From positions 1 through 64,000 of IMG/VR virus record IMGVR_UViG_3300032295_002421: DNA of 64,000 nt; one strand, given 5' to 3'. Shown piece by piece: positions 1-7,501 of this stretch. The stretch's first letter is position 1; the number at the start of each line of letters is the position of its first letter. Source of the stretch: a virus (lineage: Duplodnaviria > Caudoviricetes). Made by a program: the position numbers and the translations under genes. The notes under the pieces were generated by a model. It was given only the letters and a program-made list of their open reading frames with translations, was not told the DNA's origin and did no database searches.

Positions 1-98
1 AGCTAGTCTTAACACTTAGACTGATCATCTTTGTGGACTATGGGTGAAAAGGGGTCTGTCCATGGATTATGGGTAATCGTTACTCCCATCAATTTATA
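1..98 (+). ncRNA. 3' end of a putative structured non-coding RNA (truncated by window edge)
   Basis: No ORF. Successive hairpins: AGTCT/AGACT (5-22), TGGAC/GTCCA, and ATGGG-GTAA/TTAC-CCCAT. It ends at a terminator and lies directly upstream of a tRNA. Confidence 0.35.
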
Positions 99-128
99 GG
101 GAGGCTAGAAATAGCTTCCCTTTTTTTT
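99..128 (+). terminator. Rho-independent terminator
   Basis: GGGAGGCTA-GAAA-TAGCTTCCC hairpin followed by T8. Confidence 0.85.
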
Positions 129-130
129 AT

Positions 131-204
131 TGATCCTTAGCTCAGTTGGTTAGAGCAACAGACTCATAATCTGTGGGTCCTCGGTTCAAGCCCGAGAGGG
201 TCAA
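131..204 (+). tRNA. tRNA with CAT anticodon (Ile2-lysidine type or elongator Met); CCA not encoded
   Basis: Acceptor TGATCCT/AGGGTCA, D-arm GCTC/GAGC, anticodon stem ACAGA/TCTGT with loop CTCATAA, T-arm CTCGG-TTCAAGC-CCGAG, discriminator A. Confidence 0.92.
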
Positions 205-205
205 C

Positions 206-542
206 AAGGCTACTGTTCTTTGACATATAAGGAGAAACAAAACATGGAAACACTATCATTCGTTTTAGGGATAGCATTTGTTGTGGTTATAGCTTTGGCT
301 ATAGTTGCTACTTACGCTTTCGTTAAGGTAATAAATGTGAAAAAAACAACAGAAGAATTAATGAGAGAGACAGATCGAAGATTCGCGGAAGTCTATCAGT
401 CAATAGCTGAAGAAAATAGACATTGTCACTCAAGAATTGATGGTTTTGAAAGAGACATCTATTCACAATTAGATTCAAGATTAGATAAATTAGAAACTAA
501 ATTAACAAACAAAAAATAAAATAGTTAAAGAACAGTAGCCTT
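206..542. repeat. 16-bp perfect inverted repeat pair (206-221 and 527-542) enclosing one CDS
   Basis: AAGGCTACTGTTCTTT versus AAAGAACAGTAGCCTT; pairing extends to 19 bp at RNA level with one G-U pair. Confidence 0.9.
244..519 (+). CDS. Small single-pass membrane protein with coiled-coil C-terminus
   Basis: Start moved from the ORF-track TTG (220) to ATG 244, which follows AAGGAG. Hydrophobic N-terminal helix LSFVLGIAFVVVIALAIVATYAFV. Confidence 0.8.
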   Translation: METLSFVLGIAFVVVIALAIVATYAFVKVINVKKTTEELMRETDRRFAEVYQSIAEENRHCHSRIDGFERDIYSQLDSRLDKLETKLTNKK

Positions 543-547
543 TTAAT

Positions 548-581
548 AAAAAAAGCCGGTAGAAACCGGCTATCTTTTTTT
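548..581. terminator. Bidirectional Rho-independent terminator
   Basis: A-run, AGCCGGT-AGAA-ACCGGCT hairpin, T-run; lies between convergent genes. Confidence 0.85.
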
Positions 582-598
582 AAATAAAGTCTTTTTAA

Positions 599-769
599 TT
601 AAGCAGCTTTTTTCTTCTCCCAAAGAGACCAACCAGCACCAGCTAAAGTCATAATACCACCAAGTACTTCTTGGAATAGGCTCTCATCAATTAGACCTTT
701 TGCAACGATAATACCGCCAACAAAAGTAAGAGCATGTCTGATAAGACCTAATAATTCATTTTGTTTCAT
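599..769 (-). CDS. Small two-TM holin-like protein (56 aa; absent from ORF track)
   Basis: MKQNELLGLIRHALTFVGGIIVAKGLIDESLFQEVLGGIMTLAGAGWSLWEKKKAA: two hydrophobic helices and a basic tail; the RHxLTxxGG pattern recurs in small phage holin-like proteins. Confidence 0.65.
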   Translation of the reverse strand: MKQNELLGLIRHALTFVGGIIVAKGLIDESLFQEVLGGIMTLAGAGWSLWEKKKAA

Positions 770-906
770 TTCTAATGATTTAAGTTAAAAATATGTACCT
801 TATAGTACAAGAATAAATATCTTTATAAATCAATAAAATAAATCACTATAAAGATAGATTATATCAATATCAAAAGACATTCTTATATTTAAATAAATAA
901 AACATT

Positions 907-1125
907 ATGATATTAATTATTTACATTATCAGCATAATTTACTGCATATATAAAATGTATACTAGCTATGCTAAAAGAAACGAAGATCCTCTATATGCAT
1001 CTCCTGCATTAGAAACACTAGCCATATTAGTAATGGCACCAGTATTGATGGCAGTTGATGTTAGCTTTACTTGGGTAAGAAAGTATAAAGAGTATAAACA
1101 AGAAAAAAAAGACAGAGTTTATTAA
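907..1125 (+). CDS. Small two-TM membrane protein
   Basis: 72-aa ORF with two hydrophobic segments and an A-rich leader. Confidence 0.7.
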   Translation: MILIIYIISIIYCIYKMYTSYAKRNEDPLYASPALETLAILVMAPVLMAVDVSFTWVRKYKEYKQEKKDRVY

Positions 1126-1129
1126 TCAT

Positions 1130-1286
1130 TGTCAGGTGGTGAAAGAGTAGCTACACGGCATACACACCCACTCGTCTCGTGGGCGCTGAAAAACAAGATA
1201 GGTATTTAGATATGGGTTGACCACAAAGCCGGCTATTTTGTCTAATACTGAATTGCAGCATGGAGGTTCGACTCCTCCCCTGACAG
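1130..1286 (+). ncRNA. tRNA-like RNA with non-canonical anticodon loop, enlarged D-loop and ~80-nt variable-arm extension
   Basis: Acceptor TGTCAGG/CCTGACA + G73; T-arm GGAGG-TTCGACT-CCTCC; stem CCCAC/GTGGG with loop TCGTCTC; variable arm closed by GCTG/CAGC. Confidence 0.75.
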
Positions 1287-1296
1287 CATTAAATAT

Positions 1297-1383
1297 ACCT
1301 GGATGGCGAAATCGGTATACGCGCAAGACTTAAAATCTTGTGAGCAGAAAAAGCTCGTGTGGGTTCAAGTCCCACTTCAGGTA
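1297..1383 (+). tRNA. tRNA-Leu(TAA)
   Basis: Acceptor ACCTGGA/TTCAGGT, anticodon stem CAAGA/TCTTG with loop CTTAAAA, class II variable arm, T-arm GTGGG-TTCAAGT-CCCAC, A73. Confidence 0.95.
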
Positions 1384-1397
1384 CTAAAATAATAGTT

Positions 1398-1649
1398 ATG
1401 CAAAACAACCCAATTGACAAATGCGTAATGTGTGGTAAAGATACACCATACAGATTTAATGATCACATTGATACTAGAATAGGATATGTTGAAGGTGCTG
1501 GTCAAGGATGTTATCAACCTCATATGTGTAGCCAAGAACGTAGTAGAAGACTAATCACTATTAGTGAGGAATTAATTTATTCAACACCTAATGATCAAGA
1601 ATTAGGAGGTAAAGTAAGAGAAATTTATTGGAGCTCTAAAAAAATATAA
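1398..1649 (+). CDS. Hypothetical protein with CxxC motif
   Basis: Start moved to ATG 1398 because the track start lies inside the tRNA; CVMC...GC...C. Confidence 0.75.
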   Translation: MQNNPIDKCVMCGKDTPYRFNDHIDTRIGYVEGAGQGCYQPHMCSQERSRRLITISEELIYSTPNDQELGGKVREIYWSSKKI

Positions 1650-1652
1650 ATT

Positions 1653-1784
1653 ATGATTTTAGTATTATTTATAGTAGCTATATTATGGATTGCTTATGAA
1701 GTATGGAGGGCTCCATTAATAGATGATAATTACAACACGATAATACCAGCAAAAAAACTTAAAGACTTATTTAAAAATAAATAA
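1653..1784 (+). CDS. Small membrane peptide (43 aa)
   Basis: MILVLFIVAIIWIAYEVWRAP...; exactly fills the gap between neighbouring genes. Confidence 0.55.
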   Translation: MILVLFIVAILWIAYEVWRAPLIDDNYNTIIPAKKLKDLFKNK

Positions 1785-1785
1785 T

Positions 1786-2019
1786 ATGCAGGATCAAAGA
1801 ATGAAAGTCAACATAGACTTAAAAAAGACTACATCAGTAGTATGCGAAGAGTGTTCTAATACAACATTTCAAGAAGCTCTTATGCTTCGTAGGGTCAGTA
1901 AGTTTTTGACAGGTGAAATGCAAGATGGAGTCATTCCTATTGCAACATTTGTATGTACAAAATGTGGACATGTTAACAAAGACTTTTACCCTAAAGAATT
2001 AACTAATGAGCAAGAATAA
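1786..2019 (+). CDS. Zinc-ribbon hypothetical protein
   Basis: CEEC...CTKC motifs. Confidence 0.75.
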   Translation: MQDQRMKVNIDLKKTTSVVCEECSNTTFQEALMLRRVSKFLTGEMQDGVIPIATFVCTKCGHVNKDFYPKELTNEQE

Positions 2020-2272
2020 GGATATATACGGAACAATAACAACGTATAATGATTCTAATAGTAGAATAGTAATTAAAACTGATTCTATTGTAGATTCAAT
2101 AGTAGATAAGTTTATAGATCGTTCTAGAGTAGGTAAAGAAAAATATGGAGTTACCTTAGATCGTGAAGATTGGTCATTAGAACAGTGGATAGAAGCTGCA
2201 ATTGAAGAGCATATGGATGCTATTCTATACCTTCAGAAAATCAAATCTATTATTACAGGTAAAAAGAAATAA
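2006..2272 (+). CDS. Putative all-alpha NTP pyrophosphatase (MazG/dUTPase-like fold)
   Basis: GKEKYG-TL-R...EEHMDAILYL acidic helix pattern. Confidence 0.5.
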   Translation: MSKNKDIYGTITTYNDSNSRIVIKTDSIVDSIVDKFIDRSRVGKEKYGVTLDREDWSLEQWIEAAIEEHMDAILYLQKIKSIITGKKK

Positions 2273-3177
2273 TGCCTAAACCTAATTTAAACATCAATTG
2301 GGCTACTCAAACTCCTGTATCATATTCTCAATATTCTATTTATAAGCAATGTGAATACCAATGGTATTTAACTTATATAAAGAAAGAGAGCTCATTTAAA
2401 CCGTCTATCTATTTAGTATACGGTACTGCAATGCATGAAACTATACAAGAGTATCTCAAACTCATGTATGAAAAGTCTGGTAAAGCTGCAGATGAACTTG
2501 ATCTAGATAAGATTCTTGAAGACAGACTTATAGAGAATTATAAACAGAGTTTAGTAGACAATAAGAATGAACACTTTAGCAATAAAGATGAGTTAAAAGA
2601 ATTCTTAGCAGATGGTCAAGCTACTTTAGAATGGTTTAAAAAGAATAGATCTAAATACTTTTCTAGAAAAACATCTGATTTAGTTGGTATAGAAATTCCT
2701 ATCTTACTTCCAGTAATAGATGATATTCCTGGAGTTCTTATGAATGGATCTATAGACTTTATAATATATGAAAAAGCTGTAGATAAGTATACTATCTATG
2801 ATATAAAGACATCAACTAAAGGATGGTCTGATTATGAAAAGAAAGACCAAACTAAGATCAATCAGATACTTCTATATAAAAGGTTTTATTCCAAGGCAAT
2901 GAATGTGCCAGAAGAAAAGATCGATGTTAAATTTTTTATAGTAAAAAGAAAAGTATTCGTTAATCCAGATTATCCAACATATAGAGTTCAAGAGTTTATA
3001 CCTGCTAATGGAAAGAAAAAAGTGCAAGATGCATTTGAAGACTTTTCTAAATTTATAAGAGAGTGTTTCAATCCTAATGCTAAGCATAATAAGGAAAGAT
3101 CTTATACAAAAAATATCAATAATTGTAAATTCTGTCCTTATACGAATAAGCCTGATTTATGTGATAAAACTCCATAA
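2272..3177 (+). CDS. PD-(D/E)XK exonuclease, Cas4/AddB-like
   Basis: SYSQ...QC; GTAMH; GSIDFII; YDIKTS; QILLY; C-terminal CKFC-x8-C iron-sulfur ligands. Confidence 0.85.
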   Translation: MPKPNLNINWATQTPVSYSQYSIYKQCEYQWYLTYIKKESSFKPSIYLVYGTAMHETIQEYLKLMYEKSGKAADELDLDKILEDRLIENYKQSLVDNKNEHFSNKDELKEFLADGQATLEWFKKNRSKYFSRKTSDLVGIEIPILLPVIDDIPGVLMNGSIDFIIYEKAVDKYTIYDIKTSTKGWSDYEKKDQTKINQILLYKRFYSKAMNVPEEKIDVKFFIVKRKVFVNPDYPTYRVQEFIPANGKKKVQDAFEDFSKFIRECFNPNAKHNKERSYTKNINNCKFCPYTNKPDLCDKTP

Positions 3178-3238
3178 AAATATTTTTTTATTTACATATT
3201 TATTTGTATATTCTTGTATATTTATTATAAAAGAAAAT

Positions 3239-3457
3239 ATGATAAATAAATCAAAAAGAGTTATAACATCGGTAAAAATACCGGAGACTCTATATGAAGA
3301 CTTTAAAGTAACATCTGTTAAGACTAAAATAAATTTACAAGATATAGTTGAAAGAGCTATGTATATGTATCTTACAGATTCAGGATTTAGGCAAAGTATT
3401 CATGAACAATATAACACACATTACACAGGATCTACTTTAATTGAAGCAATAAAATAA
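3239..3457 (+). CDS. Small ribbon-helix-helix-like DNA-binding protein
   Basis: Start moved to ATG 3239. TSVKIP strand followed by two helices (LYEDFK..., LQDIVERAMYMYL). Confidence 0.55.
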   Translation: MINKSKRVITSVKIPETLYEDFKVTSVKTKINLQDIVERAMYMYLTDSGFRQSIHEQYNTHYTGSTLIEAIK

Positions 3458-3464
3458 GTTACAT

Positions 3465-4907
3465 ATGATAAATGGTTATATCCCTCAAGCACAAAGAAAA
3501 AAAATACTTTTTCTATGTGATGATATTAGAATGACAAGTGGTATCTCCACAATGGCTAGAGAAATAGTTGTAGGAAGTTCACATGTATTTAATTGGGTAA
3601 ATGTAGGTGGCGCAATTAATCATCCTGATCAAGGCAAAAAATTAGATATTTCTGCCGATACTAATAGGATTATGGGTATTAATGATTCATCTGTATTTAT
3701 ATATCCAATGAATGGATATGGAACTCCAGACGTAGTTAGACATTTAATAGAAATTGAAAAGCCAGATGCTATTATGTTTTTTACAGATCCTAGATATTGG
3801 GTTTGGTTATTTCAAATGGAAAATGAAATTAGGAAAAAAATACCTATGATATATTTAAATATCTGGGACGATCTTCCTGCTCCACTTTATAATCAATCAT
3901 TTTATGATTCTTGTGATACTTTAATGGCAATATCAAAGCAAACTCTTAACATCAATAAAATGGTATTAGGAGATAAAGTAAAAGGAAAAATTCTTAAATA
4001 TGTTCCTCATGGAATTAACGAAAAGATATTTTATCCTATTACTGAATTTATGCAAAGCCAAAATGAAGCTTTAGAAAAAAAGAAAAAAGAAATATTTGGT
4101 GATTTTAAACCTGAGTTTGTTGTATTTTACAATGCTAGAAATATTAGAAGAAAATCTACGTCTGATTTAATTGCTGCGTATGCTACTTTCTGTGATAAAA
4201 TAGGAAAAGAAAAAGCTAAGAAATGCGCATTATTAATGCACACACAAAGAGCAGACGAAAATGGAACAGATTTAAATGCTGTAATAGATCTAGTGTGTGA
4301 TCCAGAATACCAAAAAGTATATTTTTCAGATGCAAGACTTAATGCAGAAGATGTAAATTTACTTTACAATATGTCTGATGTAACTGCACTAATATCATCT
4401 AATGAAGGTTGGGGACTATCCTTAACAGAAAGCATGATGTGTGGTAAAATGATTATTGGTAATGTTACAGGAGGTATGCAAGATCAAATGAGATTTGAAG
4501 ATGAAAATGGTAAATGGATTGATTTTGATAATAAATTTTGTTCTAACCATTTTGGAAGATATAAAAAACATGGAGATTGGGCAATACCTGTATTCCCTAG
4601 TAATATAAGTATTGTAGGATCTATACCTACTCCATACATTTATGATGATAGATGCGACTTTAGAGATGTAGCTAAAGCAATAGAAGAGTGCTATAATATG
4701 TCTCCTAGTGAAAGAAACGAAAGAGGCATGTCTGCTAGAAAGTGGGTTCTTTCTGAGGAATCTATGATGAGTGCAGCGCATATGTGCGATAATGTTATAT
4801 CTACTATAAATCAAACTATTAATACATTCAAACCTAAAAAACAGTTTGAATTAATTAAAACAGAAAAATTAGAAAGAAAAAAAATTGTACACCCTTTAGT
4901 TTATTAA
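3465..4907 (+). CDS. GT-B fold glycosyltransferase (GT4-like)
   Basis: YVPHGIN, NARNIRRKS, SSNEGWGLSLTESMMCG...GGMQDQ. Confidence 0.88.
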   Translation: MINGYIPQAQRKKILFLCDDIRMTSGISTMAREIVVGSSHVFNWVNVGGAINHPDQGKKLDISADTNRIMGINDSSVFIYPMNGYGTPDVVRHLIEIEKPDAIMFFTDPRYWVWLFQMENEIRKKIPMIYLNIWDDLPAPLYNQSFYDSCDTLMAISKQTLNINKMVLGDKVKGKILKYVPHGINEKIFYPITEFMQSQNEALEKKKKEIFGDFKPEFVVFYNARNIRRKSTSDLIAAYATFCDKIGKEKAKKCALLMHTQRADENGTDLNAVIDLVCDPEYQKVYFSDARLNAEDVNLLYNMSDVTALISSNEGWGLSLTESMMCGKMIIGNVTGGMQDQMRFEDENGKWIDFDNKFCSNHFGRYKKHGDWAIPVFPSNISIVGSIPTPYIYDDRCDFRDVAKAIEECYNMSPSERNERGMSARKWVLSEESMMSAAHMCDNVISTINQTINTFKPKKQFELIKTEKLERKKIVHPLVY

Positions 4908-4908
4908 T

Positions 4909-6213
4909 ATGAAACAGTTGTGCGTAATTAGTTGTCCTATTGACACATATTCAGGTTATGGTGCTAGATCTAGAGATTTTGTTAAAGCTCTATACGAATT
5001 AAAAAAAGACGATTATGATATTAAAATTATATCTCAACGTTGGGGAGTTACTCCTTGGGGATATATTAAAGATCATAAAGAAGAATGTAATTGGTTAGAG
5101 CCTTTAATATTACAAGCTCCTCAATTACCAAAACAACCTGATATTTGGATTCAAATTACTGTTCCAAATGAATTTCAACCTATTGGAAAATATAATATAG
5201 GTTTGACTGCTGGCATTGAAACTACAATTTGTGATGCTAGTTGGATAGAAGGAGTGAATAAAATGGATATAACTTTAGTATCATCAGAACATTCAAAAAA
5301 GGTATTCCAGCAATCTACATTTGAAAAAAGAGATCAACAAAATCAAGTTCTTGGTATAATTAAACTTGAAAAGCCTATAGAAGTTTTATTTGAAGGAGTA
5401 GATTTAAATAAATATTTTCATATTGAAGATGAAGATCTTGAAGAAACAGATTTAGTACTTGAATTAGATGAAATTAAAGAAGATTTTTGTTTTCTTTATG
5501 TAGGTCATTGGCTTCAAGGAGAATTAGGCGAAGATAGAAAGAATACTAGTTTAATGTTAAAAACTTTCTTTGAAACTTTTAAAGATAAGAAAAATAAACC
5601 GGCATTAATAATGAAAACATCTGGTGCTGGATCTAGCATAATGGATCGTGATGAAATGCTTAAAAAAATAGATGCTATTAGAAACTTAGTAGGTGGAGAT
5701 TTACCAAGCGTTTATTTACTTCATGGTGAATTAGATGATAAAGATATTAATAATCTTTATAATCATCCTAAAGTTAAATCAATGTTTAATTTAACTAAAG
5801 GTGAAGGATTTGGTAGACCTTTATTAGAGTTTACACTTAGCAAAAAACCAATCATAGTATCTGCTTGGTCTGGGCATGTAGATTTTCTTGATAAAGAATT
5901 TTGTTGTTTTGTTGGTGGAGAATTAAAAAATGTTCATCCATCTGCACAAGTACAAAATATGATATTAGCAGAATCCCAATGGTTCAATCCAGATATCGTT
6001 CAAGCAAGTACCCACTTAAAAAATGTTTATGAAAAATATTCTAAGTATGAAGAACTTGCTAAAAGACAATCCCATATATCTAAAACTAAATTTTCATTTA
6101 ATGAAATGAAAAATTTACTTGCTACTTATTTAGATAAAATACCAAAACAGGCACTTATTCAACTACCTCAACTAAAGAAAATAGAACTTCCCAAACTTAA
6201 AAAAGTAGATTAA
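4909..6213 (+). CDS. GT-B fold glycosyltransferase (GT4-like)
   Basis: TYSGYG, TKGEGFGRPLLEF, SAWSGHVDFL. Confidence 0.85.
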   Translation: MKQLCVISCPIDTYSGYGARSRDFVKALYELKKDDYDIKIISQRWGVTPWGYIKDHKEECNWLEPLILQAPQLPKQPDIWIQITVPNEFQPIGKYNIGLTAGIETTICDASWIEGVNKMDITLVSSEHSKKVFQQSTFEKRDQQNQVLGIIKLEKPIEVLFEGVDLNKYFHIEDEDLEETDLVLELDEIKEDFCFLYVGHWLQGELGEDRKNTSLMLKTFFETFKDKKNKPALIMKTSGAGSSIMDRDEMLKKIDAIRNLVGGDLPSVYLLHGELDDKDINNLYNHPKVKSMFNLTKGEGFGRPLLEFTLSKKPIIVSAWSGHVDFLDKEFCCFVGGELKNVHPSAQVQNMILAESQWFNPDIVQASTHLKNVYEKYSKYEELAKRQSHISKTKFSFNEMKNLLATYLDKIPKQALIQLPQLKKIELPKLKKVD

Positions 6214-6455
6214 TGACATCAAGTGAATTTACAATATGGTTAAAAGGATTTGTAGAAGCTTGTAATGATTTTGCTCCTACACCTAAACAATGGGATAGAA
6301 TAAAAGAAGTTCTAGAAAAAGTATCTGATAATAAAAACTTTTCTATAGGAGTAGGCGGGACTGGCGTTTTAAATATATCTGGAAGAACAGACGCTACTTC
6401 GTTACCATCAGGAACAAATATTACTTACACAACTAAACAACAACTCAATGACTGA
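6213..6455 (+). CDS. Hypothetical protein
   Basis: Coupled ORF (TAATG overlap). Confidence 0.7.
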   Translation: MTSSEFTIWLKGFVEACNDFAPTPKQWDRIKEVLEKVSDNKNFSIGVGGTGVLNISGRTDATSLPSGTNITYTTKQQLND

Positions 6456-6894
6456 TAATTTAATAACATGCCCAAAGTGTAAAGCACCTGAGTCTTGTTA
6501 CACTCAACCTGTAAATGAATTTCACAAAGCTTATGTTTGTTTATCTTGCGGTTTTCAAACAAATGATTTGATGCGTGAAAGTGAATTTAACTTTGAAGAG
6601 TATGAGAATGAACTTCCAGAACTATATAAAGATATAAAACAAACTGATGATGAAGGTAGAGTTTGGTACCCTAATGTAATTAATATAGAAGGTAAAGGAA
6701 CAGTATTTGCTAATGGTACTTCAAAAGAAGAGTGGGAGTGGAGTTCCATTAAAAGTATAGAACTTACTGAAGAAGAAAAAGAACAACCTAAGTTTAAAGG
6801 TAAAAAGTATAAATCAGATTCTAAAACACTAAAAAGTTTTGGTAAAGATTATTTTGAAGCTTGTGAATATATTGGCTTCTATGATATAAAATAA
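6448..6894 (+). CDS. Zinc-finger hypothetical protein
   Basis: CPKC...CLSC motifs. Confidence 0.75.
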   Translation: MTDNLITCPKCKAPESCYTQPVNEFHKAYVCLSCGFQTNDLMRESEFNFEEYENELPELYKDIKQTDDEGRVWYPNVINIEGKGTVFANGTSKEEWEWSSIKSIELTEEEKEQPKFKGKKYKSDSKTLKSFGKDYFEACEYIGFYDIK

Positions 6895-6899
6895 ATGTT

Positions 6900-7499
6900 A
6901 TGCCATCAATTAGTTATGCTATAACTGCTTGTAACGAGCACAAAGAACTATTATTCCTATTAGAATTTTTACGTAATAATATACGTCAAGAAGATGAAAT
7001 AGTTATCCAATTAGACTCTAATGCGACTGAGGAGATTAGATCTATTGCTAAAGACTATATAGAATTCCCTCTTAATAAAGACTTTGCATCATTTAAAAAT
7101 AATCTTAGTAAGCATTGTACTAAAGACTATATCTTCCAAATAGATGCAGATGAATATCCTAATTTACATTTAATTGCTAACTTGGCAGATATATTAGAAT
7201 ATAATCAAACAATTGATGTACTTTTAGTACCTAGGATTAATACAGTTGAAGGACTAACTGCACAACATATAGGTCAATGGAGATGGAGCGTTAATGATAA
7301 AGGATGGGTTAACTTTCCAGATTATCAATGGAGAATATGGAAAAACAATAGCAAGATTAAATGGATAAATAAAGTACACGAACGCTTAGAAGGATTTGAA
7401 ACATACTCTGTATTACCACAAATGGAAGAATATTGTTTATTTCATCCTAAAGATATTCAAAGACAAGAAAGACAAAATGCTTTATACGAAACAATATAG
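6900..7499 (+). CDS. GT2 family glycosyltransferase
   Basis: ISYAITACNE, IFQIDADE (DxD), FPDYQWR, KVHE. Confidence 0.85.
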   Translation: MPSISYAITACNEHKELLFLLEFLRNNIRQEDEIVIQLDSNATEEIRSIAKDYIEFPLNKDFASFKNNLSKHCTKDYIFQIDADEYPNLHLIANLADILEYNQTIDVLLVPRINTVEGLTAQHIGQWRWSVNDKGWVNFPDYQWRIWKNNSKIKWINKVHERLEGFETYSVLPQMEEYCLFHPKDIQRQERQNALYETI

Positions 7500-7501
7500 T
7501 T

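Noticed and set aside
20-60. Hammerhead ribozyme (CTGATCA...GAAA)
   Set aside because: The core deviates from CUGANGA and the three required stems could not be built convincingly.
1130-1286. tmRNA or intron-containing tRNA
   Set aside because: There is no G3-U70 alanine identity, tag ORF or pseudoknots. The insert lies in the variable arm, is too short for a group I intron and shows no clear bulge-helix-bulge.
1132-1326. ORF-track ORF on the minus strand, and the 1359 start of the next ORF
   Set aside because: Both overlap tRNA or tRNA-like genes and are shadow frames.
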